The position numbers and the translations under genes were made by a program. The notes beneath the pieces were generated by a model. That model searched no databases. It saw only the letters and a program-made list of their open reading frames with translations, and was not told where the DNA came from. A DNA stretch of 64,000 bases from positions 21,214-85,213 of the forward strand of contig JBEEHR010000023.1 in assembly GCA_041167505.1 (NCBI GenBank). The letters are read 5' to 3'. Source of the stretch: Verrucomicrobiota bacterium. GTDB lineage: Bacteria > Verrucomicrobiota > Verrucomicrobiia > Chthoniobacterales > UBA10450. Positions 26,604 through 34,743 of the stretch are shown here, in pieces. How positions within the stretch are numbered: the first letter of the stretch is position 1; each line of letters begins with the position of its first letter.

Positions 26604-27143
26604 CTACGCCTTCGGCGCCACGCTTTTCGCCGCTTCCGTCACCATTTTCTTGAACGCTTCGGTTGATGCTTTCACCACCGCGTTCGGCCCGGTCATCTTG
26701 ATGAAGACGTTGCCGGCGGCGCTTTCGAGAATCGCGCCGCAAAGCGCATAACTTTCCATTGGCGTCGTCGGCCCGCCGGGCATCCCGCTGCTAAACGTGC
26801 CCTCGGTCATCGCGAACGTGACCTTCACCGGACCGATCTGAACATGCTCGGTGATGCGCTTGTCCTCGCTGCCGGGAAACTGCGCGTACCAACGTGCAAC
26901 GTTGTCCTCCGCAGTCCCGCCCTGCTCGGCGCCGAAATGGAAGAAGGTCACTTCCGCTTTCTCCGGGCCGCGCGCGATCTCGAGCTGCGCCTTGCGCATC
27001 GGCGACGAAGGCGTCACCGATTTCCATCCTTCCGGCACAGCGAAGGTGAATGCCTCCACTTTGACCGACTCAGCGCGCGTTTCCGCAGGAAGAACCGTAG
27101 CGATGAAGGCGATAAATCCTGCGGCGGCAAGTGCGGTTCTCAT
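26604..27143 (-). CDS. hypothetical secreted protein
   Basis: 179 aa with signal peptide MRTALAAAGFIAFIATVLPAETRA. No recognizable family. Confidence 0.55.
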   Translation of the reverse strand: MRTALAAAGFIAFIATVLPAETRAESVKVEAFTFAVPEGWKSVTPSSPMRKAQLEIARGPEKAEVTFFHFGAEQGGTAEDNVARWYAQFPGSEDKRITEHVQIGPVKVTFAMTEGTFSSGMPGGPTTPMESYALCGAILESAAGNVFIKMTGPNAVVKASTEAFKKMVTEAAKSVAPKA

Positions 27144-27262
27144 GAGGAAGTTTAATCAGGAACGCAGGAAAACAGGAAAGAGATTTTTCGGGACAAGCAT
27201 GCCGGATCTCAGTCCTGCTTAATTCTTTTTTTCCTGCTTTCCTGATTCGTTCCTGCTTCCTC
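27144..27262. repeat. low-complexity palindromic element, AGGAA/TTCCT word type
   Basis: GAGGAAGTTTAATCAGGAACGCAGGAAAACAGGAAAG faces CTTTTTTTCCTGCTTTCCTGATTCGTTCCTGCTTCCTC. It lies between divergent starts. Confidence 0.6.
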
Positions 27263-27322
27263 ATCACAGCGCCCCCTCGACAGCACGTCACAAGGAGCGC
27301 TACATTACTGTCCTTCGCACGT

Positions 27323-29080
27323 ATGCGTTTACGATTCTTCATCCCGGCGTTTTGCCTGTTTCTAAGCGGCATTTGCCTCGCCCAAAACGCCGACATGCCG
27401 ACGGCGGATTCCTCGTCACTCGATTTCAAGCAATGGGGGTTGCTCGCCATCCAGGACGGCGGGCGGCGCAAACCGGTCGATACCTTTGCGCGCGAGACCC
27501 TGATCAAGATCACGGGCCGCTCGACCTACACCTCCGGCGCGAAAACCTGGCAGGCGACCGATTTCATCCTCTCGATGCTGCTCGACACGCACGATTGGAA
27601 AAAGGAGCCGATGATTTTGGTGTCGTTAGGCGATCTGCGGCGGCGGCTCGGGTTGGCGGAAGAGCAACGGCTCTTTTCTTTCAATCAGCTAACGGCGTTG
27701 CCGGAGTTGAACACGCTGGCTAACCAGGCCCACGCGCTCCGGAAAGCCGAGAAACCGCTTGATCGTGTCCAAAATGAAGTGATGAGCGTGACCGAGCGGC
27801 TCTCGCTATTCGCCCGCGTCATGGACGGAAGCGCGTTTCTCCTCGCACCCGCCCCGGAGAAAACGACCGATCCGTGGATCGTGCCGCCCGCCTTCGCGCA
27901 GTACTATAATGAGCAGCAGTTCGTGCCGGTGCAGACGCAGTTGCAGACGATGGCGAACGCTTACGTGAAAGGCGATTCGTTCGCCTTCGGTCGCACCGCG
28001 AATCAACTGCGGGATGGCCTGCGGCAGCTAAGCCCCAAAATTTATCCTGAGGAATCTCAGCTCCGTCTCGAATACTTCTACAATCATTGGGACGGTTTTT
28101 ATCGCGCCGCGTGGTGTTATGGGATCGCGCTGCTGTTGCTGGCCATCGCGCATTTCCGCAGCCGGTCTTCTGTAGCCGCTTCGCTGCGCGAAGCGACTGG
28201 AAAGCGGAGCTACATAAGAATCATTGGCGTCATTCTCGCCATCGCCGGCCTGCTCTTCCACGCCAGCGGAATCGCGATGCGCTGCCTGATCGCCGGACGT
28301 CCCCCGGTGACGAACATGTATGAGTCCATCATCTGGGTCTCTTTCGCGGTTTCGTTCTTCGGCATGATCTTTTTCGCGCGTTACCGGACACCGGTTTATC
28401 TGCTGGCCGCGCTGCCCGTTTCGCTCGTCGCGCTGTTGCTCGTTCACCAAATGCCGATAGCCATGCCCTCGAGCATCGATCCGCTCGTCCCGGTTTTGCG
28501 CGATAATTTCTGGCTGACGATCCACGTCCTGACCATCACGTTGAGTTATGCCGCCTTCGCGCTCGCCATGGGGTTCGGCCACATCCTGCTTTTCCGTTAC
28601 GCGCGCAACCCGGTCTCCGCTCGCGCCGATCAATCGATGCATTTCTGGCTCTACCGCGTCCTTCAGCTCGGCGTGATTCTGCTCGCCGCCGGCACCATTC
28701 TTGGCGGCGTCTGGGCGAATTATTCGTGGGGCCGGTTCTGGGGCTGGGACCCGAAGGAAACCTGGGCGCTGATCGCACTCCTTTGCTACATCCTGACTTT
28801 GCACGGACGCCTCGCCGGCTGGTGGACCCAGTTCGGTTTGGTGGTCGCGAGTGTTGTCTGTTTCCTCGCCGTGTTGATGGCGTGGTATGGCGTGAACTTT
28901 GTCCTCGGCAAAGGACTTCACAGTTACGGCTTCGGCATTGGCGGCGAAAATTACGTCGGCGGTTTCGTCATCGCCGATCTGCTCTTCGTCGGCTTCGCCA
29001 TCTGGCGTTATCGCAGCACCAAGTCACCGCGCCCACCGGCTACGCCGACGGCCGTCGTCGCGGAACAAGTTGCCGTCTAG
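27323..29080 (+). CDS. ccsA: system II cytochrome c biogenesis protein CcsA/ResC type with long N-terminal periplasmic extension
   Basis: Trp-rich haem-handling motif WGRFWGWDPKETWALI. There are multiple TM helices in the C-terminal 330 aa, and an N-terminal ~250 aa soluble domain (GGRRKPVDTFARETL). Confidence 0.8.
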   Translation: MRLRFFIPAFCLFLSGICLAQNADMPTADSSSLDFKQWGLLAIQDGGRRKPVDTFARETLIKITGRSTYTSGAKTWQATDFILSMLLDTHDWKKEPMILVSLGDLRRRLGLAEEQRLFSFNQLTALPELNTLANQAHALRKAEKPLDRVQNEVMSVTERLSLFARVMDGSAFLLAPAPEKTTDPWIVPPAFAQYYNEQQFVPVQTQLQTMANAYVKGDSFAFGRTANQLRDGLRQLSPKIYPEESQLRLEYFYNHWDGFYRAAWCYGIALLLLAIAHFRSRSSVAASLREATGKRSYIRIIGVILAIAGLLFHASGIAMRCLIAGRPPVTNMYESIIWVSFAVSFFGMIFFARYRTPVYLLAALPVSLVALLLVHQMPIAMPSSIDPLVPVLRDNFWLTIHVLTITLSYAAFALAMGFGHILLFRYARNPVSARADQSMHFWLYRVLQLGVILLAAGTILGGVWANYSWGRFWGWDPKETWALIALLCYILTLHGRLAGWWTQFGLVVASVVCFLAVLMAWYGVNFVLGKGLHSYGFGIGGENYVGGFVIADLLFVGFAIWRYRSTKSPRPPATPTAVVAEQVAV

Positions 29081-29130
29081 GCGAAGATCCGAAGCGACAA
29101 GGCAAGCAGCATGATCATTGGAGGATAACT

Positions 29131-29916
29131 ATGGACGAAAGAAATCGGGACCTCGTTGCCAAAGTACCGGAGGTAACGCTTCTCTTCTGGATCATTAAGA
29201 TCCTCGCGACCACCCTCGGCGAGACCGGAGGCGATGCTGTCACCATGTCGTGGCTCGGTGAAACGACTTCCGAAGCCAAAGGCACCGGCTATCTGATCGG
29301 CACGGCGATCTTCGGGGTGATTTTCGTCGTCGCGGTGCTCGTGCAAATCAAGGCGAAGAAATTTCATCCGTTCCTCTACTGGCTCACGATCGTCGCCACG
29401 ACAACGGTCGGGACCACCCTGGCGGATTATTGTACCCGGTCGCTCGGCATCGGCTACACCGGTGGTTCGACGATCCTGCTGATTTGCGTGATTGCGTCGT
29501 TGCTCATCTGGCGTTGGTCGACCGGGAGCATCTCGATCGAAACGGTGAATACACCGAAGATCGAGATGTTCTACTGGGTGACGATCATGTTCTCGCAGAC
29601 CCTCGGCACGGCGCTCGGTGATTGGGTCGCCGATACGAATGACATGGGCTACCTCGGCGCGGCCGCAGTGTTCGGCGGTCTGCTGCTGTTCACCGCTCTT
29701 CTCTATTACTTCACGAGCCTTTCCCGCGCCGCCTTGTTTTGGGCGGCGTTCATTTTGACGCGCCCGCTGGGCGCGGTCGTCGGCGACTTTCTCGATAAGC
29801 CGCATGCCCAGGGCGGGCTGGCGCTCAGCCGTTACGCGGCTTCAGCCGGGCTCTTGGTGGTAATCGTTGCGTTGATCCTGATTTTCCCGCAGAAGCCGGC
29901 TTCGAAAACGCACTGA
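29131..29916 (+). CDS. uncharacterized polytopic membrane protein (COG4705-like)
   Basis: The ATG at 29131 is preceded by GGAGGA. KVPEVTLLFWIIKILATTLGETGGD and a second TLGTALGD repeat are present. The 396-aa ORF maximum overlaps ccsA and is rejected. Confidence 0.65.
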   Translation: MDERNRDLVAKVPEVTLLFWIIKILATTLGETGGDAVTMSWLGETTSEAKGTGYLIGTAIFGVIFVVAVLVQIKAKKFHPFLYWLTIVATTTVGTTLADYCTRSLGIGYTGGSTILLICVIASLLIWRWSTGSISIETVNTPKIEMFYWVTIMFSQTLGTALGDWVADTNDMGYLGAAAVFGGLLLFTALLYYFTSLSRAALFWAAFILTRPLGAVVGDFLDKPHAQGGLALSRYAASAGLLVVIVALILIFPQKPASKTH

Positions 29917-29931
29917 AGAAAGAAGCGAGCT

Positions 29932-30027
29932 GGTAGGGACGCCGCGCTGCGGCGTCCGCGTCATCTCACACAGCTCCTCACGTTCCGATTTTCAGCGCCG
30001 CGGACGCCGCTGCGCGCCGTCCCTACC
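29932..30027. repeat. palindromic element, GGTAGGGACGCCGCGCTGCGGCGTCC family
   Basis: ~29-nt arms, each itself a hairpin (GGACGCCGC-GCT-GCGGCGTCC). It lies between convergent stops. A single-arm copy is at 41117-41143. Confidence 0.65.
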
Positions 30028-30034
30028 TCTCGTA

Positions 30035-30787
30035 TCAGAACAGCAACTGCATCCCGAAGTACCCGATCGTCGCGAGCGGATCGGGCGAACGAATCTCGCG
30101 ACCGAGCGATACGATCAGAATCCGCGTCTCGGAAAATTCGTGATGGACGCCGACGTTTACGGTCAACGCGTCGCGCTTGAAGCTCATCCGCGACGTGCCG
30201 TGAAGCTCCGCCATTAACAGTGTCGCCTTCGAGACATCGAGCCCGCCGACCACGCCATAGAGCCATTCGCTCCGGCCGATGCTGCTGATATGCGGTCCGA
30301 ACTCAACGTCCGCGTGCCACCGGCCGAATGCCTTCGCCATCTGAAACGGGATTTGAAAACGGGTTCCGGGCTCGGAAAGTCCGCGCCGCGGTGAGGAACG
30401 GACGATGTTGAAGATCACCCGCGGAAACATCGACATGTCGAACCCTTCGCCATTCTTTTGCTGGTCGAGGAACCGCCATTTCACCGCGGCCTCGGTGCCG
30501 CCGAGTCCGCCGATCAAGCCGTGTCCTTCGCGTTTTAAAAGTACCGGCGCTGTCTGCAAGGTGAGCTGGATGTGTTCGCCGACTCCGTAGTTCAAATCGA
30601 TCGCGGGAACGTCGGCCGCCGTCTCGCCCGACCGATGCTCGAACGCGACCGCCAGGTTGATCTCCCATTTCTTGTCGCCCGGCGTGCCGGGATCATCGGT
30701 GATCATCGGCGGCCCGCCCTGGGCCCGCCCCTCGTGCGCAGCGAAGGCGCATAGCGCCAGCGCGATGAAAAGCGATTTACGTTTCAC
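30035..30787 (-). CDS. outer-membrane beta-barrel protein (MetA-pathway/transporter-like?)
   Basis: Signal peptide, alternating beta-strand pattern, and a terminal aromatic residue (..GMQLLF). The family guess is weak. Confidence 0.5.
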   Translation of the reverse strand: MKRKSLFIALALCAFAAHEGRAQGGPPMITDDPGTPGDKKWEINLAVAFEHRSGETAADVPAIDLNYGVGEHIQLTLQTAPVLLKREGHGLIGGLGGTEAAVKWRFLDQQKNGEGFDMSMFPRVIFNIVRSSPRRGLSEPGTRFQIPFQMAKAFGRWHADVEFGPHISSIGRSEWLYGVVGGLDVSKATLLMAELHGTSRMSFKRDALTVNVGVHHEFSETRILIVSLGREIRSPDPLATIGYFGMQLLF

Positions 30788-30814
30788 GGCGCCGGGTTTC
30801 CCGTTCTCGAAAAA

Positions 30815-31171
30815 CTACTTCTTCTCTTTTTTGTCGGCCGCCGATTCCTTCGCCTGATCCTTCGGCGTCTCTATCTTGACGGAGACGATCTTCCCGGTTT
30901 TCGCGTCCACCTGCACCTCAGTGATGTTTTTCGCACCCGGCGTCGAGATATCGAACGACCAGACGAGTTTGCCGTGCTCCCTCTCCAGTTCGCTGGATTT
31001 GATTTTGCCGTTTGCGACTTTGGCGAGCGCGGTTTTCTGGGCGGCTGCCTGCGTCACTTTCGCTTCCGCCTGCAACTGCGCCTGTGTCTCTTTCGATGCG
31101 GCCCGGATAGAAGTCGTTGCACCCGCGACCAGGATCGCCGCGGCGATGGATAGAACAGTGATTGTCTTCAT
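30815..31171 (-). CDS. PepSY domain protein
   Basis: Signal peptide. AAQKTALAKVANGKIKSSELEREHGKLVWSFDI...VDAKTGKIV is PepSY-like. Confidence 0.7.
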   Translation of the reverse strand: MKTITVLSIAAAILVAGATTSIRAASKETQAQLQAEAKVTQAAAQKTALAKVANGKIKSSELEREHGKLVWSFDISTPGAKNITEVQVDAKTGKIVSVKIETPKDQAKESAADKKEKK

Positions 31172-31191
31172 AAGCGCACGCTACACCCTAA

Positions 31192-32220
31192 CTATTGCGG
31201 TCCGTAAACCAGCAGCTTCTGGGTATTCGGCAAAATCGTCGGCCGCCCAGGCGATGCGCCCGGCGATGGCGATGGCGCCGGCTGAAATTGCGCGGTCGGC
31301 AAATAAATCCGGTGCGTCGCCGGATCGATCGCGATGGTTCGCGCTCCGCGTTCCGTCTTGAGCGTTTGCACCACGGTCAGCTTGTCCGGCCCTTCTTCTT
31401 TCGCGATCGTAGTCGTCCCGTCGCCGCACGAGGCGAACGCGAGCTGGCTCGCATCGTCGAACGCCGCGCCGTCCACACCGGTGCCGATCGGCACGCTTCC
31501 CACTACCTTGCCCGATTCGGTGTCGACCATCTCCATCATCTTGTTATGGCAGGTGGTGAACAAACGGTGATGCGCCGCATCGAGGGCAATCCCGCTCGGC
31601 TCTTCGCCGGGTGCGAGCGGCCAGTGTGCCGTCACTTCATGTTTCGCCGCGTCGATCACCTCCACCTCGCTCTTGTCCTCGATATTGATATAGATCCGGC
31701 CAGCCGCGCTATCGACCGCCGCGAACTCCGGGCTGCCCCCGAGCGGGATCGTGGCCACTACCTTGACCGTTTTTGCGTCGATCACCGTCGCCGAGTTTCC
31801 GCTGTGATTGAAAGCGTAAACCTCGCCTCGTTTCGGATCGTAGACGATCGCGTCCGGGTTCTTACCGCTGTCGAGTCTTGAAATCGTCTTCAGCGTCTTG
31901 AGATCGACCACGCTGATCTTGTCTTCCTTGCCGTTGGTGGAAAACCCGAAGCCGGCTTCCGGCGCCGCGACGAACCCATGCACCCCCGGCGTATCCGTGA
32001 TCTCACCTGCTACCGCGTTCTTCTCCAGATCGACCACGACCACTTTCGTCGCGTGCGACAGGTAAAGCCGGTGCGCCGCCGAATCGACGGTCAGAATATC
32101 CCAGCCCCCTTCGCCGCCGATCGGAATTTCGTTGAGGAATTTGTAAGGCCCATCACCCGCGCCCATCGCATTCTGAAGACCGAGAGCCCACGCCACCGCC
32201 AGTAAAGTTCGAAAACGCAT
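31192..32220 (-). CDS. YncE/YVTN-type beta-propeller repeat protein
   Basis: Signal peptide and repeated hydrophobic-D-x-x-x-x-R-hydrophobic-Y blades (HRLYLSH, GEVYAFN, GRIYINI, HRLFTTC, HRIYLPT). Confidence 0.7.
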   Translation of the reverse strand: MRFRTLLAVAWALGLQNAMGAGDGPYKFLNEIPIGGEGGWDILTVDSAAHRLYLSHATKVVVVDLEKNAVAGEITDTPGVHGFVAAPEAGFGFSTNGKEDKISVVDLKTLKTISRLDSGKNPDAIVYDPKRGEVYAFNHSGNSATVIDAKTVKVVATIPLGGSPEFAAVDSAAGRIYINIEDKSEVEVIDAAKHEVTAHWPLAPGEEPSGIALDAAHHRLFTTCHNKMMEMVDTESGKVVGSVPIGTGVDGAAFDDASQLAFASCGDGTTTIAKEEGPDKLTVVQTLKTERGARTIAIDPATHRIYLPTAQFQPAPSPSPGASPGRPTILPNTQKLLVYGPQ

Positions 32221-32456
32221 TCAGCGTACTATCACAATTTCCCGAAAACGCAGGTGCGCTCCGGCTTCCGGTTGAAAAGCGCATCCGGGCGATCCGGTTT
32301 TTGATTCCAATTCCGGCTTGTCCGGAGCCAGCGCGCCGGTCAACATCCTGAGCATGTTCCCCGGGCCGAAAACCGTTCCCCTGAAATACATTCCTGATAG
32401 ATGGGAAAATCCCGCCTTTGAATGCGGGATTTTCAGATCTACTTCTCGTTAGGCGT

Positions 32457-32825
32457 ATGACAACCCTCTTGCGAAGAACCTCGCTTTGCATCGTTGCCGC
32501 GGCTGCACTTGGCGCCTGCCCAGTGGTTGCCGCTGACGCGTGGATCCCGGTTGTCGCGGACTCTCGCCTCAAGTATTCGATGAGTGCGCGCGACCAGCTT
32601 CAGATACGACGGCTTATCAGCTCCCTCGGCATTTGTGAGCCGATCAGCACTATCGACATGGATTCCGCACACCGCGCGACCGTAAACTGCGGTCCAATTG
32701 ACGCGCACCCTAAGAAGGGCCGCGACCTTGGGCACTGGATAAAGGTCACCGTTGTCCGCAGACATGGTCACTGGTTCGTGGACAGGCCTTCCATACACAT
32801 GACAGAGCGCCTATGGGGTATGTAG
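32457..32825 (+). CDS. cassette 1 ORF: hypothetical secreted protein
   Basis: The ATG lies 2 nt after GTTAGGC. Signal peptide MTTLLRRTSLCIVAAAALGACPVVAADA. No recognizable family. Confidence 0.6.
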   Translation: MTTLLRRTSLCIVAAAALGACPVVAADAWIPVVADSRLKYSMSARDQLQIRRLISSLGICEPISTIDMDSAHRATVNCGPIDAHPKKGRDLGHWIKVTVVRRHGHWFVDRPSIHMTERLWGM

Positions 32826-32843
32826 AGTGTTCACGCGCGAAAC

Positions 32844-32967
32844 GCCTAACCATGCGATGGAGCGAACGGTCTGGCAGCTTTGATTCCTCACCTTCCATGA
32901 AATTCCACCCTCAATCCGCAGCGACGCGCTCTCCCGCCAGCCGTCGCTCATCTTGTTCTCGTTAGAT
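32844..32967 (+). repeat. attC site 1 (124 bp)
   Basis: R'' is GCCTAAC and R' is GTTAGAT. L'' GATG-G-AGCGA-A-CGG pairs with L' CCGTCGCTCATC, leaving two bulged bases. The stem extends through CTGGC/GCCAG. Confidence 0.8.
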
Positions 32968-32970
32968 CGC

Positions 32971-33525
32971 ATGGCCACTCGTCCTAGCATCGCATTAGCG
33001 GTTGCACTTCTCGCGTTGCTTAACGGGACAGCTCGCGCTGATGTCGCACTTCACTCGCAGCGCCGAAACATTTCCATTCGCGTCACTCCTCCGTCCGGCT
33101 GGGTTGGTCCCGGTTATGATGCTCGGCCGAGCTACGATTCCTTCGGCTGGAGCCACGGGAAGGATCCCGCAGCATGTTACCTGCAGGTTCGCTTCGATCC
33201 ATACACAGACGAGCCCGGTGACCGCCACTCTGCCGAGGACATCGCCGTGCACTGGAACACCACTCCATTGGCCAAGATTCGGGAGCAGTACAAAAGAGAG
33301 TTCCAGAAGTCTCAGGTTGATTTTATTGCGATCGTCACGCTCGCGGGCAAGCCCGCTCGCGTTCATGCCGTTTACAGCGCGGACGGAAATTTCTATGCGG
33401 CCGAGATACTCGACGAGGGCACAGTCATTTCGTTTGAGCTTCGTTCCCCGAGTCGTCACGAGTTGGAGCGTCACAAGGCAGGCTTTCTCTCGTTCCTGCG
33501 CTCAGTCCAAATCCGTGCGATCTAA
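32971..33525 (+). CDS. cassette 2 ORF: hypothetical secreted protein
   Basis: The ATG lies 3 nt after GTTAGAT. Signal peptide MATRPSIALAVALLALLNGTARA. The stop lies inside R'' of attC 2. Confidence 0.6.
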   Translation: MATRPSIALAVALLALLNGTARADVALHSQRRNISIRVTPPSGWVGPGYDARPSYDSFGWSHGKDPAACYLQVRFDPYTDEPGDRHSAEDIAVHWNTTPLAKIREQYKREFQKSQVDFIAIVTLAGKPARVHAVYSADGNFYAAEILDEGTVISFELRSPSRHELERHKAGFLSFLRSVQIRAI

Positions 33526-33643
33526 CCATACGATGGAGCGAACGGCGGACCGCCGTACGCTCCACTTTTGAGATGATTTCCACACTTCCACTCCGAGCTA
33601 CGCACGCCCTCGTCCGCCGTCGCTCATCTTGTTCTCGTTAGGC
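33520..33643 (+). repeat. attC site 2 (124 bp)
   Basis: R'' is ATCTAAC, the complement of the preceding GTTAGAT, and it contains the cassette-2 stop TAA. R' is GTTAGGC. The L''/L' pair is identical to site 1. The stem extension is CGGAC/GTCCG, which co-varies with site 1. Confidence 0.8.
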
Positions 33644-33650
33644 CTACGCC

Positions 33651-34712
33651 ATGGCAACCGACGCCATCCAATACGGAGGCTTCTGGCGACGCTTTGCGGC
33701 GTTCTGGCTGGATTTCCTCGTCCTTCTGCCACTTGGCGCCGTCGCTCTTTGGGGCAGCCAACATTATCGCCTATTCTCCGTCTACTATGCGCTGCCCGGT
33801 ACACTCGTTGGATTGTTTTACCACGTATATCTTGTTCGCCGCTTCGGTGGCACTCCCGGGAAGCTCATCATGCGCCTACGCATCCGGAAAGTATCGGGCG
33901 AACTCGTGGGCTATCGCGAGGCGCTCCTAAGATATGCTCCCGAGATTCTGCTCGGTTTATTGATGTCCCTCGCTCTCATCTCTCCTCTTCTCCAGATGAC
34001 GGATGCAGAGTTTCATGCTCTCTCATTTATGGAGCGCTCGAAGCATTTGGTCGACCTTGCGCCGAGGTGGTTCAAGTCCGTTCAGATTCTTCAACATGTC
34101 TGGATCTCGAGTGAGTTTATTGTGCTGCTCAGCAACAGAAAGAGACGAGCCTTGCACGACTTCATCGCTGGTACCGTCGTTATTCTCGACGGGCCTGGTG
34201 AAGCGATGGAGCGAACGCCGGACCTCCCTGCGTCCACGTTTCGAGACGACTCCCACCCTTCCACTGCGAGCGACCCGAGCCCTCGTCCGTCGCCGCCCAG
34301 CTTGTTCTCGTTAGGCCCTAACGCCACATCGGTTTATCGCCTGCTCATCGGACTCCGAGGATGCTGGCTCCTCGTCGAGTGGCTCTTTGACTGGGGAGCG
34401 AGATCGCACGTCACGGCGTTTACGTCGACCCAGTCCTTTGCCCCCCTGATCGCGGATAGTATCGCAGTCGCGGTCTGGCTCACTTTGCTCGCAGGGATGT
34501 GGTTCTTCCAGCGCTGGGCGCGCGTCGTATTCGTCCCGTTTAGCGCATTTGCGGTGCTGTCGATTCCGTTCTGGTGGCACAGATATTCGCTATCGTCGCC
34601 GCCGTCCTTCGTGCCGGTCCTCGGTGTAATTATGCTGCTCGCGACCGGTGCCATTCTCGCGATGTCCTTTCTGCCTCCGGTGCGGGATGAGTTCGCCACC
34701 CAACAAGCCTAA
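33651..34712 (+). CDS. cassette 3+4 read-through ORF: RDD-family membrane domain fused via translated attC to a second polytopic membrane module
   Basis: RDD hallmarks are present (WRRFAAFWLDFLV ... GTPGKLIMRLRI ... RRALHDFIAGTVVI). Residues ~182-222 are the translation of attC 3. The C-terminal ~130 aa has 3-4 hydrophobic helices. Confidence 0.6.
   Translation: MATDAIQYGGFWRRFAAFWLDFLVLLPLGAVALWGSQHYRLFSVYYALPGTLVGLFYHVYLVRRFGGTPGKLIMRLRIRKVSGELVGYREALLRYAPEILLGLLMSLALISPLLQMTDAEFHALSFMERSKHLVDLAPRWFKSVQILQHVWISSEFIVLLSNRKRRALHDFIAGTVVILDGPGEAMERTPDLPASTFRDDSHPSTASDPSPRPSPPSLFSLGPNATSVYRLLIGLRGCWLLVEWLFDWGARSHVTAFTSTQSFAPLIADSIAVAVWLTLLAGMWFFQRWARVVFVPFSAFAVLSIPFWWHRYSLSSPPSFVPVLGVIMLLATGAILAMSFLPPVRDEFATQQA
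34193..34316 (+). repeat. attC site 3, degenerate (R'' lost, L' altered)
   Basis: Same length and same central sequence as sites 1 and 2. R'' reads GCCTGGT and L' reads CCGTCGCCGCCCAGC. R' GTTAGGC is intact. The whole unit lies inside ORF 33651..34712. Confidence 0.65.
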
Positions 34713-34743
34713 CCAGCCAATGCAGCGAACCGCTGACCGCTCC
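34707..34743 (+). repeat. attC site 4, 5' half only
   Basis: R'' GCCTAAC contains the stop TAA, and the left arm CAGCCAATGCAGCGAACCGCTGACC is homologous to the other sites. No complementary right arm or GTTRRRY follows within 130 nt. Confidence 0.55.

Larger units (their letters stand above)
32448..34743 (+). mobile_element. integron-type gene cassette array without integrase in the window (CALIN-like)
   Basis: Four homologous attC units in one orientation, each 3' of a + strand ORF. Core sites are RYYYAAC and GTTRRRY. The opening and closing cores of each cassette are complementary. See the findings for details. Confidence 0.8.

Noticed and set aside
32844-34743. Regularly spaced repeats that could be mistaken for a CRISPR array
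   Set aside because: The repeat units are about 124 bp, far above the 23-50 bp of CRISPR repeats. Spacing is 510-680 bp, and the intervals contain complete ORFs with signal peptides. The units are imperfect palindromes ending in GTTRRRY. No cas genes are present. The features fit attC sites instead.
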